Of a stretch of 44,069 bases of DNA, positions 33,554 to 43,472 are shown piece by piece. The notes beneath the pieces are model-generated. The model had not been told where the DNA came from, did no database searches, and saw nothing but the letters and a program-made list of their open reading frames with translations. Made by a program: the position numbers and the translations under genes. Numbering within the stretch: the first letter of the stretch is position 1; the number at the start of each line of letters is the position of its first letter. Origin of the DNA: a virus (taxonomy: Duplodnaviria; Caudoviricetes); IMG/VR virus record IMGVR_UViG_3300015050_000731, positions 1-44,069 of that record; one strand, given 5' to 3'.

Positions 33554-34222
33554 TCACCACCAGTCTTCAACGCCGCTGTCCAGAACGTCCACGTCCACGA
33601 CGCGCTTCGGCGTCGCGAGGTCGCGATTCTCCTTGGCGGTTTCGATCTCTTTGATGATCGCCGCGCGCTCCGCAACCAGCGTCGAGGTGTTCGACTCCTC
33701 CTTCGCCAGCGCCTGGATAGCCGCGTCGATGACGATGAATCGCTCCCAGCCGTTGGGGTACGAGACGGTGTCCGCACCCGCAGCGAGGGTCGTCGCTTCA
33801 GGGGCGTACAGAATCGCGCCCGTCAGCCCTGCGTTGGGCGCGGGGTACAGACGAATGTTCGACCCCACCAGCGAGTACCGCGGGAGCCATTCGGGGTGCA
33901 TCTCGCGGTAGGTATTCCGCTCCGCGCGGGCGTACTGCTTGAGCGAGCGCATGACGCCGTGGAAGTCGAGGTCCACGCCGTACAGCTTGTAGAAGCCCGC
34001 CGCCACAGGGTAGTCGCTCTGCCCTGCAACGGTGGTGAACGAGCTGGACGAGGAGGCGTACTCCTCGCCCAGCGCCTCCACGAGCATTCCGTGGAGTTTC
34101 TGGTGTGCTTCGTTGATCCAGGCGTACAGCCCCGTCGCGGAGTCCGCGACGAAGCTGCTGCCCACCATGTCCGCCCTCTCGCGAACCCGTGCAACGAGAG
34201 CCGTGAGAGTGACGGTTGCCAT
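33554..34222 (-). CDS. Head-tail adaptor protein
   Basis: L..RVRERAD, WINEA, IRLYPAP; synteny. Confidence 0.75.
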   Translation of the reverse strand: MATVTLTALVARVRERADMVGSSFVADSATGLYAWINEAHQKLHGMLVEALGEEYASSSSSFTTVAGQSDYPVAAGFYKLYGVDLDFHGVMRSLKQYARAERNTYREMHPEWLPRYSLVGSNIRLYPAPNAGLTGAILYAPEATTLAAGADTVSYPNGWERFIVIDAAIQALAKEESNTSTLVAERAAIIKEIETAKENRDLATPKRVVDVDVLDSGVEDWW

Positions 34223-34225
34223 GAT

Positions 34226-34603
34226 TTAGAACCCGGCAGGCTTGACGGCGGTGTCCTGAACGGTGACCGAGAGGAGCAGCTTCTCGTCCGTGGTCAGTTC
34301 GGCGGCGGTGCCGCCCTTGAAGATTGCGATGCCGATGGTCTGCCCGCTGGTGAGGTCCGTGGTGGGGACGACAACCCAGTCGTCGGGGGTCGTCACGTCG
34401 ATGACCGTCCCAGTGAACTGGAGCAGGCCCGCGAACTTGCGGTTCAGCGTGATGGTGTGGAGGCCCACGCCGGTACGAGTGATCGCCCACGGGCCCTTCT
34501 GAGCGGTCAGCGCAGCCGCGCCTGCGCCCGTTGCGCGCCCGTGCAGGGTCACTACCCCGCCGAGGTTCACATACTGCTCGTCGAAAAACGTGTTGATCGT
34601 CAT
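34226..34603 (-). CDS. Virion structural protein (decoration-like)
   Basis: Follows capsid gene, AAGGAG RBS, strong codon bias. Confidence 0.65.
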   Translation of the reverse strand: MTINTFFDEQYVNLGGVVTLHGRATGAGAAALTAQKGPWAITRTGVGLHTITLNRKFAGLLQFTGTVIDVTTPDDWVVVPTTDLTSGQTIGIAIFKGGTAAELTTDEKLLLSVTVQDTAVKPAGF

Positions 34604-34627
34604 GTGGTTTCTCCTTGAAGAGGGGGT

Positions 34628-34662
34628 GAAGGCGGGGTGGTCTACTGCACCACCCCACCCTC
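34628..34662 (-). terminator. GC-rich hairpin after the capsid gene
   Basis: GAGGGTGGGGTGGT-loop-ACCACCCCGCCTTC on the minus strand; no clear U tract. Confidence 0.45.
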
Positions 34663-34671
34663 AAGAACCAC

Positions 34672-35934
34672 TTAGGTCGGCAGGGTCGCGACCATGTTCG
34701 CCGCGGGCTTGTGGCAGAGCATGTTGCCGTAGAACGACATGCGACCCTCGAAGCGGTCGGCCTGGTACTCGCGGGCCATGCCGCCGTCTCCACCAGCGTC
34801 GCCCTTGTTCACGAGGTCGCCGAGGTGCTTCAGCTCCCAGGTGTTCAGGGTGAGGATGCGGGCGCTGCCCACGGGGGCGTTGCGGTCGGCGTACACCTTG
34901 ACGGTGCCGTTCGGGCCGCGCAGACGGATGGACTCGAAGCCGATTTCACCAACCTGCGTGTACTCCGCGTCCACGCGCGAGCCGAGCGCGAGCTTCAGGT
35001 TCTTCTCGTCGGTGAACGACGTGAAGATGTGGCTGGGGTCGCCGTCCTCGCGCGCGAGAGCGGCGAGAGCGGTGATGTACCCCTCTTCCGGCGAGAGCGA
35101 GGCGATGTCGAGGCGCTGACCGGAGAGCCGGGTCGCATCCACCGAACGGTCCACACCGAAGAACGACTCAGACGCGGCAGGCGCGGTGATGGGGTTCCAC
35201 GCCTCGAAGCCCGCGAGCTTGACGTTCATCGCGTTCGTGGTGATCGCGGCCACCTGCCGGTCACCCTTGATGAACAGCCAGCAGTTCGCGGCGATGGTGT
35301 CGGGGTTGGTGGTGATGGTGAACGTGCCCGCCGAGCGGTTCACGGTCTGCACCACGACGCCACCACCGGAGTTGAGGAGGATGGTGTTGACCGTGGTGGT
35401 CGAGGCCACGATCTCCATGCCGACTTCGATCTGGGTGATCGCCTCACCGACCGTCACGGTGAACGGGCCAGCGCCGCTGACCGCGGTGACCTGACCGAGC
35501 GTACCGTTGCCCGAGCCGAACACATCGCGCCCAAAGTCGTTCTTCAGGGTCTGGAGGGTGCCGTCCACGAGCTGGGTCAGCCCCTTGACGAACGAGGCGC
35601 GGTCACCGTTCGCGGCCAGGAGCAGCTCCTGCTCGATGGTGTACATCGCGTAGTTCTTCACGCGGGGGATGGTGAAGTTCACGTCGCGGTTGAAGCCGCT
35701 GTCCGTACCGGCCACACCGTTGATGCCCGCGCGACCCTGCGCGGTGGCGAAGCTGGTGCTGCGCGCCAGCGAGTTGCCGTAGGTCAGCGCGTGGATGAGC
35801 GAGCGCCCGTTGAACCCGCCGCTCTTGGGGATGAGCGCGAAGGCGGGGTTCTTGTCGTACACCGCGTTCTGGAGAGCGCGGGACGAGTAGACGAACTTCA
35901 GGATCTTGTCAGCAGTCGAAATCGTAGCAGCCAT
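34672..35934 (-). CDS. Major capsid protein
   Basis: 420 aa after scaffold; strong codon bias; DVFGSGNG, YGNMLC.KP. Confidence 0.85.
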   Translation of the reverse strand: MAATISTADKILKFVYSSRALQNAVYDKNPAFALIPKSGGFNGRSLIHALTYGNSLARSTSFATAQGRAGINGVAGTDSGFNRDVNFTIPRVKNYAMYTIEQELLLAANGDRASFVKGLTQLVDGTLQTLKNDFGRDVFGSGNGTLGQVTAVSGAGPFTVTVGEAITQIEVGMEIVASTTTVNTILLNSGGGVVVQTVNRSAGTFTITTNPDTIAANCWLFIKGDRQVAAITTNAMNVKLAGFEAWNPITAPAASESFFGVDRSVDATRLSGQRLDIASLSPEEGYITALAALAREDGDPSHIFTSFTDEKNLKLALGSRVDAEYTQVGEIGFESIRLRGPNGTVKVYADRNAPVGSARILTLNTWELKHLGDLVNKGDAGGDGGMAREYQADRFEGRMSFYGNMLCHKPAANMVATLPT

Positions 35935-35974
35935 TGTGAGTCGCCTCGAAACGACTCACAATGGAGTCGTCGGG

Positions 35975-36889
35975 TTACGCGAGGTCGCCGTCGCGATCTT
36001 CGATGATCGCGGCGAGGATTTCTTCGCGTGTTTTGGGAACGGTGCGAGCCGCGGCGGGTGCCGAGGTGTTCGCGTTGGTCAACGTCCGGTTCTGCACCGT
36101 GCCGGTGGAAGGCGACTCTGGAGCCTTCGTCGCTTCGACTGGAGCAGAGCCCTGAAAGCCTGTCAAGACCTTTGACCATCGGTCTGCTTCTTTCTTGAGC
36201 TGGCTCTCGTACATCTCCGCAGCCAGTGTGACGGATTCGCCCAGCGTGCTACCAGGGAGCGCCCCGTGGGCGGCGTGGTACTGGATGAGGGTCCGCTCGA
36301 CGCCCTCGTAGTCGCCCAGCTTGTTGATGAGGGCGAACTTGGGTGAGTCCTTCAGGACTCCCTTCATCTGCTCCAGCACCTGAGTCCGAGTGCTGGCGAC
36401 CTTCTCGTTCTCCCGCTCGGCCTTGAGCTGGGCGACTTCCGCCTTGAGCGCGTCGTACTCCGACGCGGGCTTGCTCTCAGGCTCGGCTTCCGTGGGCGCG
36501 TCCTTCTGACCCAGCAGGCGCTGGGTGTACTGCGAGTGCGTGAAGCCCATCGCAGCGAGCGCGGCCACGGGGTCGCCGTCCGCGCGAGCCTTGGCGAGGC
36601 GCTGGGCCTCCGTGGGCGAGAGTACCTTGAGCGCGTCGAGGTACGGGCGCAGCGGCTCGGACTCCTTGCGGAAGGCGTCGCGCGCCTGTGCAATCTTCAG
36701 CAGCGCGGGCACGTCCTCCGCGGGCTTGGCCTCCGGTGCGGGAGTAGCCGCCGCGGGGGCGGCGCTGGGCGTAGCCGCGGGGGTGCTGGGTGCCGCGCCC
36801 TCCGATGCCTCAAAGGAGGCCACGAGGTCGGCGGCATTGGTCTGGGACGGCGGGGTGTACGGCGCGGGTGCTGCGGTCGGGTCTGCCAC
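35975..36889 (-). CDS. Capsid scaffolding protein
   Basis: Pro/Ala-rich N-terminus, coiled coil, between portal and capsid. Confidence 0.75.
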   Translation of the reverse strand: MADPTAAPAPYTPPSQTNAADLVASFEASEGAAPSTPAATPSAAPAAATPAPEAKPAEDVPALLKIAQARDAFRKESEPLRPYLDALKVLSPTEAQRLAKARADGDPVAALAAMGFTHSQYTQRLLGQKDAPTEAEPESKPASEYDALKAEVAQLKAERENEKVASTRTQVLEQMKGVLKDSPKFALINKLGDYEGVERTLIQYHAAHGALPGSTLGESVTLAAEMYESQLKKEADRWSKVLTGFQGSAPVEATKAPESPSTGTVQNRTLTNANTSAPAAARTVPKTREEILAAIIEDRDGDLA

Positions 36890-36911
36890 GGTATCTCCTG
36901 GGTGTGGTTGT

Positions 36912-38867
36912 TCAGCCGCCCACGACGGGCGGCACGGTGGGGATGATGGGAGGCGGTACGTTCAGCGTGTTGTTGATCTGCGCCCCGCCACCGGGCATCG
37001 GAGGTGCTCCCGGCATCGGAGGTGCGCCGCCACCGGGCGGCATCGCCGCGGGGGGAGGGGCCATCATCGAGGCCTTCTGCGAGGTGGCGTTGTCGATGAG
37101 GTTCCGCAGGAGTGAGAGCCGCTCCTCCGGGCACCCGCGGTGGCGTGCGTACAGGTACGCCGCGTTCGACCGCTGGATGATGAGGTCGAGGTTCTGGTAC
37201 GGCTCCAGCGGCATCAGGCGCGGCTCGTCGTCGTCCAGAATCGCGCTGATGGTGGCGTCGCAGTCGTCGATCATCGCGTTGCCGAGGTTCGACTCAGCCT
37301 CGATGTCGGGAAACTCCAGGAGCCGCTGGGCCACGGGCTTGTCGATGAAGCCGTCCTGCATCATCTCCTTGACCTTCTGGTAGCGCGCGGAGGGCGTGGC
37401 CGGAAGGCTGGAGGTGGGGAACATCTGCATGACGTAGGAGTCGCGGTCGAGGTCGATGTTCGCCCAGTCCACTTCGAGCAAGTCCCGGCGACCGGGCACG
37501 AGCACCTTGTACGACTTCCAGCCGTACTGCTTGGTGATGAGGTCGATGCTCAGGTCGGCGTAGTCTAGGAAGAACTGCTCCCAGTCCTGATGCTGGGGCG
37601 CGAACCGCTCGGACTCGATGTCGCTGTACTCGCGCAGCGCAACCGCGGCGTCGAGGCCCGAGGGCTTCTTCGAGGCGGCGCTCAACTCGCTGATGCCGCA
37701 TTCCTGGAACGCCTGCTGGCGCAACTGCACGACGTAGTTGAACTCCTCCGGGGCGATTGCGTTCGACGCCGCGTCATCCGGCTTCGTGCCGACATAGTAG
37801 ACGATGTCGCCGCCGTCGTTGTTCGTCAGGTGCGAGGGGACGACCTTCGAGCCCACCTGAACGTAGGTGCGACCCTTGCCCTTGCGGCGCATCTGCTGGC
37901 TGATGGAGCGCACAGTACGGTTCAGCTCGACCTGAATGGGCTGCACCGTCTCGATGACGCCCTTGCCCCAGAAGCCCGTCGTGCGCTTCTTGAAGCGGTA
38001 CGGGACGAAGGGGAACTTGTCGATCTTCCACTGCTCATCGAGGAGCGTGCAACCCTCGATTGCGATGACGTGCCGACCGTCCTTCGCCTTCTTGCCGCTG
38101 GGCAGGTGCCACGCCTCCCAGACCTCGACGGTATTCTCCGCGACTTCCGGCTCCGCGCGAATGTCCTCCGCGCGCTCCTTCTTCCCCGCCTCCGCAATCG
38201 CCTCCGCGTTGTCGGGGTAGAGCCGCGTGAGGATGTCCCGGCTGACGTACTTCTTCCGCACGAGCTGGCGCGGGTTGCCGTACTGGCCGTCGAGGTCGTC
38301 GATGAGAATCTCATCGGGCATGGCGCGCTCGCACTCCAGCCGACCGTCGCCGCAGTCGTACACCTGGAGGAAGCCGGTGCCAAACTCGCACCCGTCCACG
38401 AAGACCTGTCGCGCCTGCTGGTACACCTTCGTCTGGTAGAAGAAGCCCTTGCACCACTTGTCGAGGTTGCGCGCTTTGATCTGCGACGCCCACGAGCCGC
38501 CGCTGGTCAGGAAGTTGGGGCGCGGGCGGTTCTTCGTCACCTTCGCGGTGAGCGTGTCCACGCACGACGCGCCCACGTTCAGGCTCATCAGCCCCGAGCC
38601 CGTCAGAATCTGACGAACTACAGCCGCGCTGTAGTCGCGCCCCGAGAGCGTGTCGATCTCGCAGTTCTCGTACAGGCGCGCGTGGCGCACCATCGCCTGC
38701 TTGCGGTCCTCTGACTGCCGGTCGAGGGACTCGCCCACGTCCACGACTGCCTGCGCCGTCTCGTCAGCGTCGGACAGTTCCCACCAGCGAGCACGCACGA
38801 TGCCGCTTTTGGTCAGGCGGGTCGGCTTTTCCTTGTAGCTTACCGCGTCCCTGAAATCGTCGGCCAT
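36912..38867 (-). CDS. Portal protein
   Basis: About 650 aa after terminase; VEVWEAW, FPFVP, FWGKG..PIQ.ELN; Pro-rich tail. Confidence 0.88.
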   Translation of the reverse strand: MADDFRDAVSYKEKPTRLTKSGIVRARWWELSDADETAQAVVDVGESLDRQSEDRKQAMVRHARLYENCEIDTLSGRDYSAAVVRQILTGSGLMSLNVGASCVDTLTAKVTKNRPRPNFLTSGGSWASQIKARNLDKWCKGFFYQTKVYQQARQVFVDGCEFGTGFLQVYDCGDGRLECERAMPDEILIDDLDGQYGNPRQLVRKKYVSRDILTRLYPDNAEAIAEAGKKERAEDIRAEPEVAENTVEVWEAWHLPSGKKAKDGRHVIAIEGCTLLDEQWKIDKFPFVPYRFKKRTTGFWGKGVIETVQPIQVELNRTVRSISQQMRRKGKGRTYVQVGSKVVPSHLTNNDGGDIVYYVGTKPDDAASNAIAPEEFNYVVQLRQQAFQECGISELSAASKKPSGLDAAVALREYSDIESERFAPQHQDWEQFFLDYADLSIDLITKQYGWKSYKVLVPGRRDLLEVDWANIDLDRDSYVMQMFPTSSLPATPSARYQKVKEMMQDGFIDKPVAQRLLEFPDIEAESNLGNAMIDDCDATISAILDDDEPRLMPLEPYQNLDLIIQRSNAAYLYARHRGCPEERLSLLRNLIDNATSQKASMMAPPPAAMPPGGGAPPMPGAPPMPGGGAQINNTLNVPPPIIPTVPPVVGG

Positions 38868-38869
38868 GT

Positions 38870-39106
38870 TCAACCCTTCGCGTCGATGACGCGCCCGTAC
38901 AACTCTTCCTGTTCGACCGCGGTGAGCCCATCGCTTCCGCGGGCAGCCTCTACAGATTCCGCAGGCTTGTCAATGTCGGGCACACGAAACTCAACCCGCG
39001 GTTGAGCACCGAGCACGATCTCCACGTCACCTGTCTTCAGGGAGACGACGCCGCGCTCACGCATCATCTCGATCAACGGAATCAGGGTCTGCGTCCCACC
39101 ACTCAT
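38870..39106 (-). CDS. Hypothetical protein
   Basis: AGGAG RBS, ATG 39106. Confidence 0.65.
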   Translation of the reverse strand: MSGGTQTLIPLIEMMRERGVVSLKTGDVEIVLGAQPRVEFRVPDIDKPAESVEAARGSDGLTAVEQEELYGRVIDAKG

Positions 39107-40598
39107 TTTGTGCTCCTGTCCTTGAAAGGGTTTCTTCATCTTCGCGCTCCATGCGGTCGTCCACCGACTCGTGCGGCTTCTCGATCTCAAAGTCCAGGTG
39201 CGCGAGCGCGCGCCGCCACGAGTAGAGCGCCGCATCACATAAATGATCACTAAAGCGCGTATCCGACCCCGGCGGCTTGCCGCTGTACGGATCCCAGTCG
39301 GGGTCTTTGGGCAACGCGGACAACTCAAGCGCGTAGGCACCGCCGCTCTGGACCTTGATGCGTCCGGTCAAGAAGTCGTCGTTCATCAGGCGGACGTGCT
39401 CCAGCTTCTCCGTCTTCTTCGCGGCCTCGAAGACCTGAGAGTACCGGGACATCACGTCCTCGACGTACATGCGCCCGCCGCCGCCCGTGTCGGCAACCTT
39501 CGCGATGAAGTTGAACCCCATCGCCTCCCACTTCTGGATCTGCTCCATCACCTCTTCCGCGCGAGCCCCCGACTTGCTCCACGCCGCGGCCTCGTACAGT
39601 TCGCGCTTGCTGGGGTGCCAGCCCCAGGCCACGAGCGCCATGTCGTCTCGGAAGCCCAAGTCCCACCCGAGCACATGCGTCCACCCCGGCCCCCACGGCT
39701 TCACGTCCGAGAGGGTGAAGGTGTTGCGCCCCTCGTTGAACTTGTAGAACAGCACCCCGTCGTCCTTCACCCACTGCCCGCGGTACTCGCGGACGTAGGT
39801 GGGGGTGTCGATGCTCCAGCTCCGCTTCTTGCGAATGGCGGCAAGCTCGGCGGCTGCGTGGGGCAGGTGGGGGTTGTCGAGCACGGACCAGCGGTGGACC
39901 GACCAGCCCGCGCCGACCAACTCCTTCTCGTCCTCGCCCACTTCGTTCTTCGCACCGGTCGGAATCAGCATTCCTGGGCTGATCCAACTTCCGGTAGGAC
40001 TCTGATCACTACCAGAAATGTAATACCAATAGCCGGTGGGGGTAGGCCCAGGGGTACCCTCCATGCACATGGTACCTTGCAGGTCGAAGAGGCACGGCTC
40101 GGCCACGTCCTCCACGAGCGTCTTCAGAAACGGCCCGAACAACTGGCTTTCGAGGATGACCTCCATGCGCGTCTTGTCGCCGCGCTTCTTCTGGGCCTCC
40201 TTGTCCTTGTCGGCACCCAGGAGCCGGATTTCGCTCCCGTTCTCGAAGCGGATGGTCAACTCCGTCTCGTGTGTCTTCACGCGGACGAGGTGCCGGTGGG
40301 CCACGTCGAGAAACTCCTGCCACAGCAACTGCTTCGCTCGGAGCCGGTTGATCGCCCAGATACGAATCAGCGACTTCGGCTTCTCAAGTGCGACGATTGT
40401 GCAGTACCGAGCCCACATGCTCGTCTTGCCCGCGCGCCGCGTGCAGAGCGCGGCCTTGTTGCGGTTCTCGTCGTCCATGAAGGCGATCTGCTTGTCGAAC
40501 AGTTCTCCACGGATGGACTTCGTGACCCCCGACGCACGCACGAGTGACGCCTCGCGTCGTGCAAGCTCCTCCGCGGCGCGTCGAGGGTCGAGGGCCAT
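39057..40598 (-). CDS. terL: Terminase large subunit
   Basis: RRAGKT, FENGSEIRLLGAD, GTP, DNPHL, REYRGQW, GWDLG..D, DHLCDAALY. Confidence 0.95.
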   Translation of the reverse strand: MALDPRRAAEELARREASLVRASGVTKSIRGELFDKQIAFMDDENRNKAALCTRRAGKTSMWARYCTIVALEKPKSLIRIWAINRLRAKQLLWQEFLDVAHRHLVRVKTHETELTIRFENGSEIRLLGADKDKEAQKKRGDKTRMEVILESQLFGPFLKTLVEDVAEPCLFDLQGTMCMEGTPGPTPTGYWYYISGSDQSPTGSWISPGMLIPTGAKNEVGEDEKELVGAGWSVHRWSVLDNPHLPHAAAELAAIRKKRSWSIDTPTYVREYRGQWVKDDGVLFYKFNEGRNTFTLSDVKPWGPGWTHVLGWDLGFRDDMALVAWGWHPSKRELYEAAAWSKSGARAEEVMEQIQKWEAMGFNFIAKVADTGGGGRMYVEDVMSRYSQVFEAAKKTEKLEHVRLMNDDFLTGRIKVQSGGAYALELSALPKDPDWDPYSGKPPGSDTRFSDHLCDAALYSWRRALAHLDFEIEKPHESVDDRMEREDEETLSRTGAQNEWWDADPDSVDRDDA

Positions 40599-40663
40599 TA
40601 CCGACTATCCGCCCATCCGAAGACGACGATGCAGAACACGACGACGAAGGCCCACGAGATCAT
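40598..40663 (-). CDS. 21-aa hydrophobic peptide MISWAFVVVFCIVVFGWADSR, not in ORF track
   Basis: ATGA overlap upstream and TAATG overlap with terL. Confidence 0.45.
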   Translation of the reverse strand: MISWAFVVVFCIVVFGWADSR

Positions 40664-40896
40664 ACCTTCACCGGCCACGACCACTTGCCGCGCGCATCTT
40701 CGCTGCCCGCCACCGCTTCGGTGTGGGGACACGAGGCAAGGTCGTACTGCCCCGTCTTGTAGAAGACGTGGAGCGCCACGGTGCCGTCCTCGTTGAGGCC
40801 GGTGATGATGGCGGCCTGGACGGTGGGTGGGTACTTGCCGTCGCGGTCGCCCAAGTTGGTGTACTGCACGATTCGGCCGATGCTGGGGGCGCTCAC
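40660..40896 (-). CDS. Conserved phage hypothetical protein
   Basis: PSIGRIVQY..AAIIT..V.LHVF..WSWP pattern. Confidence 0.75.
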   Translation of the reverse strand: MSAPSIGRIVQYTNLGDRDGKYPPTVQAAIITGLNEDGTVALHVFYKTGQYDLASCPHTEAVAGSEDARGKWSWPVKV

Positions 40897-41153
40897 TTCT
40901 TCACCACCGGCTTCGGGGCCTGCATCTGAGCCTCGTCTTCGGGCTCGAAGCTGGCGACGTTGCTCATGGGCACGAACTTGACGGCGGGGATGCCGTTGAC
41001 CCGGCGACCCAAGCGAACGAAGCGCATCTTCTCGTCCACCTCAATTTCGTTCTCGCCCTGACCCGGCTGGTCGCCCACGGGCTTGACCGAGAGGGACTGC
41101 AACGAGCCACCGAACTGCACGACGTTCACGAACTGCACATGCTTGAGCTTCAT
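40893..41153 (-). CDS. Hypothetical protein (MKLKHVQF...)
   Basis: AAGGAG RBS, ATGA overlap. Confidence 0.7.
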   Translation of the reverse strand: MKLKHVQFVNVVQFGGSLQSLSVKPVGDQPGQGENEIEVDEKMRFVRLGRRVNGIPAVKFVPMSNVASFEPEDEAQMQAPKPVVKK

Positions 41154-41548
41154 GGGTACTCCTTGTACGGGTTGAAGACGACGCCTACCGAGTCCGCGAA
41201 CTTGCGCCCCGGCGCGTCGGTGTACTGCGTGTACCACCGGGCAGAGCCCTCGACCAAGCCCCTACCGATGCCCATGCGCCGGTAGGTGCCCTTGACGTAG
41301 GCGTAGTGCAGGACCTCTGGCGCGGGCTCGATTGCCGCCCACCCCAGCACCTCGTCGGGCACCTCTGGGAAGTAGGCCACCGTCACATGGCACCGAGCCA
41401 GGAGCAGGTCGATGTGTCGGTCCTGCGCCGCCCCGTACACCGCGCGGGAGACGTATTTGTGCGCCCACGTTCGCCAGTGGTTGGTGTGCCAGCTCGAATG
41501 CACGAAGCGGAGATCACTCTCCGTCGCTTGTCGGATCTTCGGCGTCAA
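41150..41548 (-). CDS. GNAT-family acetyltransferase
   Basis: IRQATESD, VLGWA, LHYAYVKGTYRRMGIGRGL (acetyl-CoA loop); TTG start after GAGG. Confidence 0.75.
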   Translation of the reverse strand: MTPKIRQATESDLRFVHSSWHTNHWRTWAHKYVSRAVYGAAQDRHIDLLLARCHVTVAYFPEVPDEVLGWAAIEPAPEVLHYAYVKGTYRRMGIGRGLVEGSARWYTQYTDAPGRKFADSVGVVFNPYKEYP

Positions 41549-42026
41549 CGATGACCTCTTTCTTTGCGATGCGCTCAAGGTACGGGCGTGCAGCCGCGGC
41601 GATTTGTTCGTCGCTGTACGCGCGGTACTGCTCCGCGCTGTCCTCTTCCACCATCGCCTTGAGCAGCTCCGTCTGAGCCACCGCCTTGCCGTCTCGCTGC
41701 TCCGTGAGGAACGTGAGGGCCTGAAGGCGCTCGCTCGTGGTGGGCACAACCCAGTCCGTGTACTGCCCGTCAGGCAGCTCGGAGCGCCAGGGCTTGCCCA
41801 TGGCGATGTGGACCATGTGCTGGTCGAGGATGGAGGAGCCGCTCTCATCCTCTGTGATGTCACGCAGGCGGGCACGGCGGGACTTCTTCTTGGGCATCGT
41901 CGCGGGGTACGCGGCTGACGCCTTGACGACGTGGCCACGCTCGTCGCGCACGACCAGACGACCGCCCTGCTCGGTGACGGTCAACTTGCTGTCGTCTCCC
42001 TGCTGGGCCTTCTTGAAGAAGCTCAC
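41514..42026 (-). CDS. Probable terminase small subunit
   Basis: First gene of late block; ERLQAL.FL.EQRDGKA.Q helical pattern; GAGGTGG RBS. Confidence 0.55.
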   Translation of the reverse strand: MSFFKKAQQGDDSKLTVTEQGGRLVVRDERGHVVKASAAYPATMPKKKSRRARLRDITEDESGSSILDQHMVHIAMGKPWRSELPDGQYTDWVVPTTSERLQALTFLTEQRDGKAVAQTELLKAMVEEDSAEQYRAYSDEQIAAAARPYLERIAKKEVIVDAEDPTSDGE

Positions 42027-42099
42027 ATGCCACCTCGCGCTCGTCTGGTGCGCGGGGCGAGCCTCCCTCTCTTGCAACACAGTGTCAAGTGCCACCGGC

Positions 42100-42670
42100 T
42101 ACACAATAGAGTTATTCCTATCCGATTATCCCAGAAATAGGAGCCTCATTTCCCGACTATCCGCAATAGAGTTATAGGATTAAGTACCGGGATTTATTGT
42201 GTATTACAACTATTACCACGCCCCCCCGGCCTGGAGTCGATCGCTAACCCGTTGATCTTGCTCGCTTTCCCCCTTATTCCACGCCCCAGGCCACGTAACT
42301 ATATGATTTAATTCATTATCTTCCCAGGCCCCATTATAACCCATTGATTTAATTAACTTTATTGTTACTTTATCGGAGTTCACGCGGTCTTGAACCGTAT
42401 GAACACCTAAACCCCTGATATTACTCGGCTTTTACGCGAATTACAGTAGCACTGTAAGTACACAAATAACCAGACCCGTAACCGCCTCGCAAACCCCTGG
42501 ATTTGCAAGGGAAAGTGCCTCTAAAACACGCTTCTGTACTCTCTTACTTGTCTCTGATCTGATCTGAGTTAGAATGTAAGGTAGTAGGGGGGGGGCGGTA
42601 CAGTGACAGTAGCAGGGGGTTACAATTGTGGAGATGCGGGGCGTTTTCGACGGTACAGCGGTACAAAAGG
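42100..42670. promoter_or_regulatory. AT-rich divergent control region with IHF-consensus repeats; candidate packaging site/origin
   Basis: Non-coding, AT rich; TAACCCATTGATT at 42337 and variants; CAATAGAGTTAT twice. Confidence 0.65.
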
Positions 42671-42676
42671 GGCAAA

Positions 42677-43090
42677 ATGTTCGCTAAGTACATGAAATCA
42701 GACAAGAAACAAGGTGGTCATGACCGTGCCAAAACAGAGGTTATGGCTATGGAGGCGCGACACAGGCGGGAACGGGCAGACATGGAGGCGCGCCATGCGG
42801 ACATGCTGGCCGCTATTCCGCCCCAGCCCGCACCCGACCCCCTCTTACTGCGCGTCGCGGCCTATGTGGCGGACTGCGCGGACTGCAATCGCGCCCCGTC
42901 GCATCAGGACGCACTGCGCAGGCGCTACGCGACCACAGGAGCCGCACTGCACTACGCCCTTGCGGACGCGCTGCGGCTCGCGTGGGTAGGGCAGAGTGCT
43001 GACGGTGCCCTCTATTGGCGCGACGCTGGATCCGAGTCGAGCTGCCCTCTCAGAGGCTGGGCTGCACTAGGTGAGAAATTGCGCGGATAA
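42677..43090 (+). CDS. Hypothetical protein
   Basis: AAGGGG upstream of ATG 42677. Confidence 0.55.
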   Translation: MFAKYMKSDKKQGGHDRAKTEVMAMEARHRRERADMEARHADMLAAIPPQPAPDPLLLRVAAYVADCADCNRAPSHQDALRRRYATTGAALHYALADALRLAWVGQSADGALYWRDAGSESSCPLRGWAALGEKLRG

Positions 43091-43297
43091 TAATCCCCGC
43101 GTAAATGCGCTTTACTCCAGGTGTGTAAAATCAATGGTTTGTCGAATTCAGTGTAGGAATCTTTACACGCAAGGGCTATTAAATAATCAGGAAAGTCAGT
43201 TTAGGGGTCGAAAAAGGCACTTTCTGGAAAGTCGCCAAACACCATATAGTAAGGGCTCGCGAATAAACGCGGCCCACACGAGAAAGCGAGCAACGGC

Positions 43298-43468
43298 ATG
43301 AGCAACGAAATGCAGGCGGCTTTGGCGCTGGTTTTGAAGGGTATTGAAAACGCGGGTTCAATCGCGGACACCTCATGGGAGCAACTCACCCTCTTGCGCG
43401 CCGTGCGTGATGCGGTCACGACGCAGATCGACACCCTCACGGATCGCGGCGTCGCGAAGGAGGGCTAA
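43298..43468 (+). CDS. Small early protein (MSNEMQAALA..., 56 aa), not in ORF track
   Basis: Follows TATAGT and the GAGAAAGCGAG motif. Confidence 0.6.
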   Translation: MSNEMQAALALVLKGIENAGSIADTSWEQLTLLRAVRDAVTTQIDTLTDRGVAKEG

Positions 43469-43472
43469 CACA

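Noticed and set aside
36991-37025. Short repeat near the portal 3' end
   Set aside because: Encodes the APPMPG repeats of an ordinary disordered tail
23305-40929. Many long plus-strand ORFs across the structural region
   Set aside because: Antisense shadows of well-supported minus-strand genes
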